Shown here: in pieces, positions 10,278 through 19,660 of the stretch
Layout of the letters: every line of letters begins with the position of its first letter
How positions within the stretch are numbered: the first letter of the stretch is position 1
From: Myxococcales bacterium
Lineage (GTDB): Bacteria > Myxococcota_A > Polyangia > Polyangiales > DASUME01
DNA: 64,000 nt
Direction: 5' to 3'
Assembly (NCBI GenBank): GCA_047601445.1
Contig: JASGJH010000001.1
Location: forward strand, 1,376,001 to 1,440,000
The notes under the pieces: model-generated
What the model saw: only the letters and a program-made list of their open reading frames with translations
What the model was told of the DNA's origin: nothing
Database searches by the model: none
Program-made: the position numbers and the translations under genes

Positions 10278-11426
10278 TCAACCGGTCCGCGCAGCTGGCA
10301 CGGCCCGGCTCCCACGCACCAGCGGCACCACTTCTTCGCCCACGTGAAACGCTTCCTCGAGGGCAGGCGTGCTCGATAGGATGAAGCCGCGCACGCCCAT
10401 TTGAAGGAAGCCGTCGATCACCTCGGCAGCTTGCTCGTAGCTGCCCACGAAGCCGAGCGGCGATCCCTGGCTACCGAGGGTACCGAAGCCGGCCCAAAGG
10501 CCCTCTACGATCAGGTCGTCGACGCTTTGCCCGCGCTTTGGCGGCGCGCGGAACGACCCGACGGCGTCCCCGCCCCTGCCGGCCCGTTCACGCGCTTCCT
10601 GGGCATCCCAGTCCACCGCAGCCCAGGCGCGGCGCACGACGTTCCACGCTTCTTCGGGGGTCCGTCTGGCGATGATGTTGAAGCGGACGGCTGGCTTCAC
10701 GTCCCGACCGTCCTTCGACGCCAGCTCCTTCACCCGGGCGAACTTGATGCGCAGCTTCTCGCGCGGTTCGAGATGACTCAAGTCGAAGTCGGCGTGCTTG
10801 CCCTGAGCCGCGAGTGCGGCGTCCGAGGATCCGACGAAGTAGAGCTCGGGCCAGACTTGTCCCGCCAGAGGCGGCAAGAGCTCCGCATTCTCTACCTGAT
10901 AGAACTTGCCGTGATAGCTGAAGCGTCCCCCATTCCAGACGCCCTTGAACACATCCAGGAACTCGGTGGTGCGTAGGTAGCGGTCGTCGTGTGCGATGCG
11001 GTCACCCCACCAGAGCTGCTGCGGCCCACCGCCACCGGTGATGATGTTGAACAGCAAGCGTCCATTCGAGAGTCGCTGCAGACTGGCCGAAGCCCGCGCA
11101 GCATGCAGCGGATCAAACCACATCGGTTGGTACGCGATCATGAAGCGCAAGGTCTTCGTGTAGCGCGCGATCGCCGACGCGATGACCCAGGGGTCCTCGG
11201 AGTCCGGGAACGAGGGGATCAGGGCGCCGTCAAAGCCGCTGACCTCGGCAGCGCGAGCCACCTCCAACATGTAGTCGTGGTAGGGCACGCCGTCGGACTC
11301 TCCGCGAGCATAACCAGGCGTGAGGTTCCCTTCACGCGCTGGGCCCCAGCTGCCGCGCGTGTAGCCGCCCTTCGAAAGGTCGCCCTTGCATCCATGGATC
11401 GGGATGCGCCAATGAAACTGGACCAT
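10278..11426 (-). CDS. LLM-class (SsuD-like) flavin-dependent monooxygenase
   Basis: AAGGAG before MVQFHWRIP; ARAAEVSGFDGALIP, QRLSNGRLLFNIITGG, AHDDRY, FSYHGKFY, LEEAFHVGEEVVP. Confidence 0.88.
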   Translation of the reverse strand: MVQFHWRIPIHGCKGDLSKGGYTRGSWGPAREGNLTPGYARGESDGVPYHDYMLEVARAAEVSGFDGALIPSFPDSEDPWVIASAIARYTKTLRFMIAYQPMWFDPLHAARASASLQRLSNGRLLFNIITGGGGPQQLWWGDRIAHDDRYLRTTEFLDVFKGVWNGGRFSYHGKFYQVENAELLPPLAGQVWPELYFVGSSDAALAAQGKHADFDLSHLEPREKLRIKFARVKELASKDGRDVKPAVRFNIIARRTPEEAWNVVRRAWAAVDWDAQEARERAGRGGDAVGSFRAPPKRGQSVDDLIVEGLWAGFGTLGSQGSPLGFVGSYEQAAEVIDGFLQMGVRGFILSSTPALEEAFHVGEEVVPLVRGSRAVPAARTG

Positions 11427-11436
11427 ACGATGCTCC

Positions 11437-12546
11437 TTAGCCCGCCAACTTGGTGGCAGCGTGTCGCCGGTGGATGACCGGCACGAGGTGCTCTCCCAGT
11501 CGGTATGCTTCCTCGATGTAAGGATTGGCGCCGAGCACGAGGCTCCTGACGCCGAGCGCCAGGTAGTCGTCGATGGCCGTCGCCACCTCCGAGAATGAAC
11601 CAACAAGACCGTTGGTGGCCCCAGACTGGAGTGCCCCGAACCCAGACCACAGCGGCTTTCCGACCTTCGTCTGCGCGAACGAGGTTGGGATTCCGGTCAC
11701 GCCTTCGGCGATCGCAATCGTCTTCGCGTTACGCCCTTCCCATGCGCGTTCGGCTTCCGCCCAGGCTTCCTCGCTCGAATGCCGCGCGAGCACGTTCCCA
11801 TCGATTCCGACCGCCACGCGGCGACCATGCTCGGAGGCCAGTTGCTGCAAGCGCTGACTCAGCGCTCGGATCTCGTGCACCGACGCCAGCGGAAAGACGT
11901 GAACATCAGCGTGCCGTGCCGAGAGAGCGAGTGCCTCCTCGCTGGTCCCAGAGAGATAGACTCTCGGCAACGTCTGCCCCTGCAAAGCGGGGGCAAAGCC
12001 ACCATTCTCGACCTCGTAGTACTTGCCTGCATAGCTGAACGGCGCCGCGTTCCAGAAGCCCTTGGCCACGTCCAGGAATTCCGCGCTCCGGGCGACGTAC
12101 TCGGACTCCGAGAACTTGCGACCATGCCACGGCTGCGACTCATGGTCCGCGCGTGTGTTCAAGTGCCACGCGAGGCGGTTGCCGGAGAGGCGCTGAAAGC
12201 TGTTCGCGATTTTGGTGGCGTAGACGGCCGACAGCAGCGGGGCTCGTAGGCTGGTGACGAAGCGCAGGTTGCGCGCCTCACGCGCCAGCGAGCCCGCAAC
12301 GATCAGCGGGTCCTCTCCACCGGCGCTGTCGGGGATCCACAGGCCATCGAAGCCGTTGAGCTCCGCCCCACGAGCGATCTGGAGCAACAAGTCGTAGTAG
12401 TTGTAGCCATCGCGCGGAGCCCCGGTGCGAGCGAAAGGATGTGGTTCCCTACGCGTCCGCGAGTAGTCCCCACGTTGCCAGTGCTCGGAGTCGATCGCAC
12501 GCCCATCCCCTTGGGTGGGCAGGCGCCAAAGGATCTCGAGTGTCAT
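11437..12546 (-). CDS. LLM-class (SsuD-like) flavin-dependent monooxygenase, paralog
   Basis: MTLEILWRLPTQGDGR, IARGAELNGFDGLWIP, FSYAGKYYEVE, YLSGTSE, LVGSFSEVA, PYIEEAYRLGE. Confidence 0.88.
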   Translation of the reverse strand: MTLEILWRLPTQGDGRAIDSEHWQRGDYSRTRREPHPFARTGAPRDGYNYYDLLLQIARGAELNGFDGLWIPDSAGGEDPLIVAGSLAREARNLRFVTSLRAPLLSAVYATKIANSFQRLSGNRLAWHLNTRADHESQPWHGRKFSESEYVARSAEFLDVAKGFWNAAPFSYAGKYYEVENGGFAPALQGQTLPRVYLSGTSEEALALSARHADVHVFPLASVHEIRALSQRLQQLASEHGRRVAVGIDGNVLARHSSEEAWAEAERAWEGRNAKTIAIAEGVTGIPTSFAQTKVGKPLWSGFGALQSGATNGLVGSFSEVATAIDDYLALGVRSLVLGANPYIEEAYRLGEHLVPVIHRRHAATKLAG

Positions 12547-12743
12547 GCGTCCATTCTCCGTTCTCGGCTCTGCACGTCGGCTCCCGCCGCTGGGCACGGC
12601 CGCATGAAAGAACACAGGTCTCGCATACTAGACACTCGTCTTCAAACCGAGCACGCGAAAAAGGCGCCCCCCAGCATCAAGCCCCTCGCCGCGCCGATCC
12701 CCCAGCACCGCGACCTGGGCGGGCGCTCCCTCGCCCGATCCGA

Positions 12744-13709
12744 CTATGGCTCGGCAGGTGCGGCCGCCGAGACGAAGCCGATGCTGCGTAGAAAGTGCTC
12801 CTGCACGACGTAAGCCTCCTGCTCGGCCTGCGGATCCGGGTCGAGGCTGCTGCGTTGGTCGTCGAGCCGGCGCGTGAGCAGATGGCCGAGTCTGGGAAAG
12901 GAGACCAGCACGCAAAGAGTGCCCGTGGACCGAACGGCCTCGCAGAAGGCTTCTGCACTCGCCTGCCGGGTGACCGAGTCTTCGACGCCTGTGATCAAGA
13001 GCGTTGGCGGGCCTTCGGGTTTGACGTTGCGGAGCGGCGAGTAACGTGAAACGTCGACGGTCTCGCCGATGAGCTTGCGAAATTGGATCGACCGCTCCGG
13101 ATCGATGCCGCCAGAGACCAGCAGCAGCGCATTAGGGGCCCCACTGAACTCTTCCTCGCCCGTCTCTGGACACCCGGCCGTAGCCGCCGTCGCGACTAGA
13201 TGCCCCCCTGCAGAAGCACCCCAGCCAGCGACCTGATTGGGATCAACCTTCAGCTCGGCGGCGTGCTGCCGTACCCAACGGAAAGCCGCGCACGCATCTG
13301 CCAACGCGTCGAGCGGTGTCAGGCCGTCCTTGGAGAGCCGATACTGAACGGGAATCGCCACCAATCCAAGCCCGGAAAACTGCTTTGCCAGCCCGAACAA
13401 CCACTCGGGTCTGCCACGAGTCCAGCCTCCGCTGTGGAAGAGCAGCACGGCTGCGCTAGGTCGCACTCCGGGGGACGGCCGAAAGACGTAGAGCCTGAGC
13501 GCGGTCCCAGCGCGCTCGATGTACCGGTACGTCTGGTACTCGTGCGACTCGGCATCCGCTTCCGCCACATGCGGCGCGTCGAAGTCCTGTGCGATCCGAG
13601 GGTGCACCCGCTGTACAGCCCCTGGCGCGGCGCTGCGGACACACCCCGTGAACCACGCCGATGCCACCAAGACCGCGAACCAGCGCTGGACCATGACAAG
13701 CTGCCCCAA
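12744..13709 (-). CDS. Alpha/beta hydrolase (HSL-like esterase), probably exported
   Basis: FHSGGW oxyanion motif, GASAGGH nucleophile elbow, ITGVED, LGH; N-terminal hydrophobic stretch with FTGC. Start may be ATG 13694. Confidence 0.85.
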   Translation of the reverse strand: MGQLVMVQRWFAVLVASAWFTGCVRSAAPGAVQRVHPRIAQDFDAPHVAEADAESHEYQTYRYIERAGTALRLYVFRPSPGVRPSAAVLLFHSGGWTRGRPEWLFGLAKQFSGLGLVAIPVQYRLSKDGLTPLDALADACAAFRWVRQHAAELKVDPNQVAGWGASAGGHLVATAATAGCPETGEEEFSGAPNALLLVSGGIDPERSIQFRKLIGETVDVSRYSPLRNVKPEGPPTLLITGVEDSVTRQASAEAFCEAVRSTGTLCVLVSFPRLGHLLTRRLDDQRSSLDPDPQAEQEAYVVQEHFLRSIGFVSAAAPAEP

Positions 13710-13715
13710 CAGCGC

Positions 13716-14774
13716 TCAAGCGGCAACAGAGTTGCCGCTTGCTGCGGCCAGGCGGCGCTGCGCCTCCTCGAGCGGACGACGGTCAATCCAGCCGTCGTAG
13801 TCGAAGTCGCGATCGAGGAAGCCGTGCACGAGCTGGAAGTCTTTCTGCTGACGAAACAGCTCGACTCGTTCGGATGAGAGGTCTGGTGCCAGTGCGAGAT
13901 GGAAGCTCGCCCGGTAGGCCGCCTCGACACCTGCACTGTTGGCGCGCGTCTCGCCCTCGAGGACGTTGCGCACGCCCTCGAGGTTTTCCTTTGCCCACTC
14001 GGCGGCGCGCAGCGTCTGCGTCAAGAACCGCACCAAAAGCTCGAAGTGATTCTCGAGGAGCTCTTCGTGCACGGTGATGGGGCGTGGCGTGCCGTTGTTC
14101 ACGCGGAAGCGGCGCTCGGGCAGCTGATCGAGATCGATCCCCACGTGAAGGCCGCGCTGGAGAGCGGTCTCGGCTGCGGCTGCGCCTTTCACGTAGAGAC
14201 CCTCCACCTCGCCGCGCTCGAGGGCGTCGAAGGCCCCAAACCAGTTGCTCCCTGCGCGCTGACGGCCCAAGCCTCGACTCGGCTCCTCGGCGTCATGGAC
14301 CTCCACGAGCTTGACGTCATCGAGGGTCAGCCCGACCGAGCGCAGGGCCCCGTGGTAGCCCGCAAGGCTCATTCCTCGCGCGATGCTCCGTCCGCGGGTA
14401 TTGGCGGCAAGGTCTTCCTGACGAAATGCTGGCAGAGCGAGCCGCCTGCCCTTGAGTTGGCCTGGCGTGCGGAGATCGGAGTCCGGACGGACGATGATGG
14501 ACTGTGCTTCGTCGATCCATGTGAGGCCGACGAGGCGGGTCGGAGCCCCCTGTGCTCGCGCGGGCAACGCGAGCAAATTGCCGCCCTCGCGCACGAGGGT
14601 CGGGAGTTGGTGATCATAGTGATGTCGCGCGAGATCACCGCCGACCTCTTGCAACGTTTTGACGCGAATCCCATCCGGCTTGAACTCTTCCTCGAGCCAG
14701 CCGAGCCGATAGGCGAGACCGGTGGCGGTGGGAACGGGGCAACGCGTGAACCAAAGCGTATCGATTGAGGCCAT
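13716..14774 (-). CDS. DszB-like desulfinase (periplasmic-binding-protein fold, no signal peptide)
   Basis: TLWFTRCPVPTA..HHYDH..VREGGN..TRLVGLT fits the DszB Cys27/His60/Arg70 pattern; GGAGAGG RBS before ATG 14774. Confidence 0.78.
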   Translation of the reverse strand: MASIDTLWFTRCPVPTATGLAYRLGWLEEEFKPDGIRVKTLQEVGGDLARHHYDHQLPTLVREGGNLLALPARAQGAPTRLVGLTWIDEAQSIIVRPDSDLRTPGQLKGRRLALPAFRQEDLAANTRGRSIARGMSLAGYHGALRSVGLTLDDVKLVEVHDAEEPSRGLGRQRAGSNWFGAFDALERGEVEGLYVKGAAAAETALQRGLHVGIDLDQLPERRFRVNNGTPRPITVHEELLENHFELLVRFLTQTLRAAEWAKENLEGVRNVLEGETRANSAGVEAAYRASFHLALAPDLSSERVELFRQQKDFQLVHGFLDRDFDYDGWIDRRPLEEAQRRLAAASGNSVAA

Positions 14775-14894
14775 GGGAGCTCCCTCTCCTGACAAAACGT
14801 CGAGGCTTGCTGGGCCTCTCACCGCGTACGAGTCTCTTTCGATAGACACAATGTCACCCGGCGGGCTGTGCCGCCCGCGGGCAACCAAGGGCAC

Positions 14895-15587
14895 TCATTC
14901 GGCGGCGTCGGCCGTGGGGGCGAACGCGCGAGCGTAGGACTTGCCCTTCTCCACCAATCCAGTCCGCGACCACTGCACCTCGAGCGCGCCTTCCGTGTAC
15001 TCCTTCGCGCCACCAATCTGCTCGGCAATCGCTTGGATCTTCGCGCCCTCCTCGATGAGCAGGATGAGCTCGGCAGTCTTCAGGATCCCGCGCCCCCAAA
15101 AGTTGGCACCGCCATTCGACTCGAGGAGTCCGGGGGGTGGAGCGAGGTCCGGATACGTGTCCAGGCGCTCGCGAATGATGTCGAGCTGGCTACGTCGCCG
15201 CTCGAGATGATTGGGAATCTCGCGAGCCAGCAGGAAGCGCTGCGGTGCGACGTAGCGGATGGGAAATGCCTTTTGCGCGAGCGACCACGCCGCGAGGTTT
15301 GGCGTGTGCGCGTGGACCACGGTGTCGGCATCGAGGCGCTTTTCCGACAAGATGTGGTCGGCGGGGAAGTCCGTCAGAGTCGCCTTGGCCTCGCGATCTC
15401 TCGACCACGGCGGCGGAAAGCTGATCGAGAGGAGCTTTTCGTGACCGGCGACCTTGTGCTGAAAACCGAAGCCGATGTGGCTCGCGGTGAGGGTTCCCGT
15501 CTCGCGCAGGAAGCCGTACGCAAAAATTGCGTCGCGCTTGGCCTGATCAATGTATTCGTGCAGTTCGTCGGCTTGCGGCTTTGCCAT
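14895..15587 (-). CDS. Class II aldolase/adducin-head-like protein
   Basis: TVVHAHTPNLAAWS, GLLESNGGANFWG, ILLIEEGA; GAGGAG RBS. Confidence 0.72.
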   Translation of the reverse strand: MAKPQADELHEYIDQAKRDAIFAYGFLRETGTLTASHIGFGFQHKVAGHEKLLSISFPPPWSRDREAKATLTDFPADHILSEKRLDADTVVHAHTPNLAAWSLAQKAFPIRYVAPQRFLLAREIPNHLERRRSQLDIIRERLDTYPDLAPPPGLLESNGGANFWGRGILKTAELILLIEEGAKIQAIAEQIGGAKEYTEGALEVQWSRTGLVEKGKSYARAFAPTADAAE

Positions 15588-15642
15588 CGGAGCTCTCCTC
15601 GGATGCGTGATTCATGTCTTCTTTAGAAGACCACGTTAGCCC

Positions 15643-15671
15643 TGAATAGACACTTGGCACTTGCATGTCAA
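15643..15671 (-). promoter_or_regulatory. Sigma70-type promoter of the sulfur cluster
   Basis: Minus strand TTGACA-N17-TATTCA about 55 nt upstream of ATG 15587. Confidence 0.6.
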
Positions 15672-16020
15672 GATGGCGCTGCCTCAAGATTCTATTTTAG
15701 TGGACACGGTTACGGCTCGATGTACGCCCCGTAGTCGCGGGACTCGAAGGGTTCGAGGCGCAACACCGGTCCGGTCGAGGCTCGCAGCTCGCTCGGCAAA
15801 ACTCCGCTGGCCTCCTTCCCAGCGAACCAGCGCCCGCTCAAGGTGTTCGCGGCGAACAACCGAACGTTCGCCGTTACACAGTGAACAGTTCGCGCCTCGC
15901 GGGGACGCGCAGTAAACCCCGCATTTCTGCGGTCTCACGTGATGGATCGCCTTTTGCTGTGCGGCCTTTCGGCTGCGGAGTAGCTCGCGCAACGAGCTCA
16001 CCCAGCGAGGAGGCTTTCCC

Positions 16021-16710
16021 GTGATCTCGTTTATGGCTCGTCCGCGTCTGTCCACCCTGTACCGGCGCCCGCTGTCGGCTCGGTTGCTCTTGACTCTCTG
16101 CTGCATCGCGGCTTCGATGCTGAGTGCCTGCGCGCACAGCGTTCGCCTGACGCGTGACCAGCGGAGCACGCTGCGCTCGGTGAGCGTGCGGACCGAGGTC
16201 AAGATGCCCGCGGGGATGTTCTATTCCGGGCAGAAGGACGCCCTGGTGCAGGGCATGCTGGGCCCCGTGGTCGGCGGAGTGGTGGGTTCCAAGATTGCGG
16301 ACAAGGCCGAAACTGCCTTGTTGCGCGTGATGCACGAGTCCGGCATCGACGTCGGCCAGCTCGCGCGCGAGCAGTTCCAGAGCGCACTCGACGGGTCGCG
16401 CTTGTTTGCGGCGGTCACGAGCGAGTCGAGCGACGCCGAGTTCGTGCTCACCGTCAACCTCTATGGTCTCGCGCAGAAGGGCGCCTTTGCGTCCGAGCTA
16501 CGCCCCATGCTCAACATCACCGGGACGTTGGTTCGGCCCGATGGCACGGTGCTCTGGAAGGACAGCGCCTATGTCACCAACATGAGCGGCGAGACGCATG
16601 GCAGTACGCTCAAAGAGTATCTCGAAGACCCCGAACGGCTGCGGCAGGCCTTTACCGATGCATCGAACCTGGTCGCCCGGGACCTCGTCGCCGAGATGGC
16701 GGGGAACTGA
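16021..16710 (+). CDS. Hypothetical lipoprotein
   Basis: GAGGAGG upstream of GTG, lipobox LSAC, short Gly-zipper GPVVGGVVG. Confidence 0.7.
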   Translation: MISFMARPRLSTLYRRPLSARLLLTLCCIAASMLSACAHSVRLTRDQRSTLRSVSVRTEVKMPAGMFYSGQKDALVQGMLGPVVGGVVGSKIADKAETALLRVMHESGIDVGQLAREQFQSALDGSRLFAAVTSESSDAEFVLTVNLYGLAQKGAFASELRPMLNITGTLVRPDGTVLWKDSAYVTNMSGETHGSTLKEYLEDPERLRQAFTDASNLVARDLVAEMAGN

Positions 16711-16725
16711 GGGCGCCGATTCAGA

Positions 16726-17160
16726 CTAGCGTTTCGAATGCAGATACTCCGCGTGCTGGAACCACTGTTCGATCAGCGCTGGCTCGAACACCTCGGCGAA
16801 GCGCTCGGTATCTGCGTTCACGAGCAGAACGATGCCGACCGCGGTCGCCGGGTCGAAGTACATCAGGGAGGTAAAGCCGAAGTCGCTTCCGCTGTGTCCT
16901 GTGACGGTACGCCCCGTGTCCGTGAAGCCAGTCTCCCAGAACACGCCGGTGCCGACGCCATCTGAGTCGGTGGCGAGGGGTGCCAGCATCTTGCTCACGC
17001 TGTCTTCACGCAGAATGCGGCGCTCTTTGCCGCCGTGCGAACCAGGAATTGCGCCGCCATGCAGGATGGTGGACAAGAAGCGGCCCACGTCGTGGACGCT
17101 GCTGCGCAGGGCGCCGTCGGGCCACGTCGCGTCTTGATAGGCTGGCAACTTTGTGTTTGA
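16726..17160 (-). pseudogene. C-terminal remnant of a beta-lactamase-family serine hydrolase
   Basis: PDGALRSSVHDVGRFL, RILREDSVSKM, GHSGSDFGFTS..GIVLLVN present; no family-type SxxK or YSN N-terminal half upstream. Confidence 0.7.
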
Positions 17161-17410
17161 TCCACTTGGGGTATTCACCCCAAGGAGCTCGCGACGTACG
17201 AACTCGCCACGCATGCATGAGCTAGCGTCGGGACGTGTTCGTCCTGCGAGCAGGGTCAGAGCGAACTGCATGGACGCCGCTGTGGTCCGACCGAGCCTCG
17301 CTGGGCCCCCAAAGAGGCCGTGTGGCACTTTGCCCCCCGTTCCGGGGAGAATTCGATACGGCTTTTGCGCCGCAAAAGGCTCGCCCCTCGGAGATCTCCT
17401 GGTATGACGC

Positions 17411-18841
17411 ATGCTCGGCGGTGACTGCAACGCCATCCGCTCCATGCGATCTCGTCGTTTCTCGGCTTGGCGAGCAGGCTCGTGCTTCGCCTCCCTGTAC
17501 CAGCCGTTGGTTCTGTTGGCCTTGATGCTGACGAGCGTCGGCGTGCGCGCGCAATCAGAGGGGCCCCAAAGCAGCCCTCCGCAGCAAGGTCCAGCGGAAG
17601 AGCTATCGGAGGACGAGAGCGGCGCGCCCCAGGAAGAACTAGAAACCCCGCCTCCCCCCGTTGAGTCGCCGCAGGGCAAGAAGGGCGAGCTCGCGGGTCT
17701 GCCTGTGATCGCGGGCAACGACACGTTTGGGTTCCTGGTCGGCGTGACCGGCACTTACACGCACTTCGCGCCGGACTACCGGCCGTTTCGCTTTCGCGGT
17801 CAGCTCACGGCCGTGACGTCCATTCAAGGTTCCGACGATGGCGTGCAGTTCCCTCTGCAGAATATCGATTTGCGCCTCGATTTTCCGGGACTGCGCGGCG
17901 GGCGGGTGCGCCTTTATACGCTCGTGCGTTACCAGCGCATTCTGGACATGGGCTACTGGGGACTAGGCAACGAGGCGCCGGGCAACATCCCCGCAGACTA
18001 CGAAGGGCCACGCGAGCGCTTCTTCCAGTACGAGAAGTGGCTCGGCGAAGGGCGCTTGTTCATGCGCTACAAGATGCGTCCGCATCTCGATCTCGTGGCG
18101 GGTCCGGGCGCGCGCCTGGTGAAGACCGGCGTGCTGCCAGACTCTCGCCTCGCGCGCGACCTGCGCGACGTGCCGGCCGCACGGGCTCTGCTCTACGGCA
18201 CCGGCACCATGCAGATTTACGACGCGCTGCTCGGCATCCTGGTGGACACCCGGGACGATGAGATCAATCCATCGAGCGGCAGCTATCACGAGCTCTCCGT
18301 GCGCGGCGGTGTCGGCCCTGCCAGCGACCGGCCGATTCACTACGGCTCGGTCACCGTCCACACGCGCTGGTTCTGGCCGCTCGCGGGCGAACGCCTCGTG
18401 TTTGGCGCACGCGCCATGGCTGATATTGGCTTCGGCGCCATGCCACTCATCGAGCTGGGAACCGTCGGCGGATACTTCAGTCACGCAGGACCGGCTGGAC
18501 TCGAAGCCAACCGCGGTCTGCCCTACGGACGCCAGCTCGGGCAGGTCAAGCTCCTGAACACGGCGGAGCTGCGCTCGACGTTCTATCACTTCTCGCTGTT
18601 CGGTCAGCAGCTAGCGCTCGGTGCTGCCACGTTCCTCGATGCAAGCCGTGTCTGGGCAAAACTGCCCGCCGTGCGCAGCCTCGACGGCGGACCCGTGATG
18701 CGCATTTCGGTGGGCGGAGGCCCGCGCGTGGTATGGGGCCGCGGTCTCGTGCTCCGCTTCGACGTCGGTTTTGCGCCCGGGGCTGGTGTGGATGGTCGCA
18801 ACAACGTGAGCACCACGTTGGACATGGATCACACGTTCTGA
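17411..18841 (+). CDS. Omp85/BamA-TamA-family outer-membrane barrel without POTRA domains
   Basis: Signal peptide, DTRDDEINPSSG, ANRGLPYGRQLG, AELR, FLDASRVW, GGGPR..LRFDVG, C-terminal Phe. Start may be ATG 17444. Confidence 0.8.
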   Translation: MLGGDCNAIRSMRSRRFSAWRAGSCFASLYQPLVLLALMLTSVGVRAQSEGPQSSPPQQGPAEELSEDESGAPQEELETPPPPVESPQGKKGELAGLPVIAGNDTFGFLVGVTGTYTHFAPDYRPFRFRGQLTAVTSIQGSDDGVQFPLQNIDLRLDFPGLRGGRVRLYTLVRYQRILDMGYWGLGNEAPGNIPADYEGPRERFFQYEKWLGEGRLFMRYKMRPHLDLVAGPGARLVKTGVLPDSRLARDLRDVPAARALLYGTGTMQIYDALLGILVDTRDDEINPSSGSYHELSVRGGVGPASDRPIHYGSVTVHTRWFWPLAGERLVFGARAMADIGFGAMPLIELGTVGGYFSHAGPAGLEANRGLPYGRQLGQVKLLNTAELRSTFYHFSLFGQQLALGAATFLDASRVWAKLPAVRSLDGGPVMRISVGGGPRVVWGRGLVLRFDVGFAPGAGVDGRNNVSTTLDMDHTF

Positions 18842-19172
18842 TCCGTTCGGGAACCGGCGCGCAGGGCGCCAAAGTGTGAATGCTCGCTCACAGCGTGTGG
18901 TCAACCTGCCACCACAGTGGACGTCTCGAAGGTGCGTTCCGTATCCGTGAGGCGAAATTCCGCGCTTTCGCGGGCCCGTCCGTCGGGTGCCGGACGGCAT
19001 GGGCAATGCAGAGGCCTATCAGTGCAATCGCATGAGGAGGTCGTCATGGAACAGGCGCACCGTTCAACCATCCTGCTTCGCGTCGCGCATGGCATCGAGA
19101 TGCTGCCCAAGCTCGGGCTGGCCGGTGTGCATGCGGTCTTGATGACGCCGCGTGAGCGGGCGCTGGCGCTCA

Positions 19173-19545
19173 CTACACCCAGGCACAGCGGAACACGCAA
19201 CGCCGAGCGAAGCTGTGATTGCTGGCGACACGCACGGTGACCGACTTGCCTGGCGCCGAGCTTGAGCACCGAGGAGAGAAGGCCGCAGAACGCCGTGCGG
19301 AAATAGACGAAGCCGCAAAGGGGTAGCACCCGCATGTCTACAGTGCAGTCCTTGGGGCCCACCTTGAGCACCTCCATCGCACCGCCGAGCAGCAGGCGCT
19401 CACGCAGTCGATCGGACTGAGGCGCCACGATCCACGGATTGAGCCCCATAGTGCGGGCCCTGCGGACGATGGTCCCGATGAACGTCGCCTGGATGCGCTC
19501 CAGATCCCGCGAAAGCCGCTTATACCCCCTGCCAATGTGCCTGAG
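19173..19545 (-). pseudogene. 5'-truncated, frameshifted myxobacterial conserved hypothetical gene
   Basis: ERIQATFIGT..GLNPW..GGAMEVLKVGPKD..YFRTAFCG..LGA then, in another frame, KSVTVRV..RCVFRCAWV-stop. Confidence 0.5.
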
Positions 19546-19660
19546 CCGTCTTGTGCACCTCCCACTCGCACACGTCACGGGGCTGTCGCGGAAAGCTTGT
19601 TTGATCTCGGTTTGAGGTCGAACGAAGACTGCGTCCCCAAAACACCGGAGACGAGTCCCC

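Noticed and set aside
13716..14774. SsuA-type ABC substrate-binding protein
   Set aside because: No signal peptide, no permease or ATPase nearby, and DszB catalytic residues are present.
12629..15660. McbR operator (TAGAC-N6-GTCTA)
   Set aside because: Spacers are 4-5 nt and the second half-sites diverge; only the half-site resembles it.
15790..15960. c-di-GMP-I riboswitch (GGCAAA..GGACGC fragments)
   Set aside because: Spacing is wrong and the GNRA-capped P2 and ACGCAAA junction are absent.
19046..19240. Small plus-strand ORF with GAGGAGG RBS (MEQAHRST..)
   Set aside because: No recognisable motif and it overlaps the minus-strand remnant; cannot be supported.
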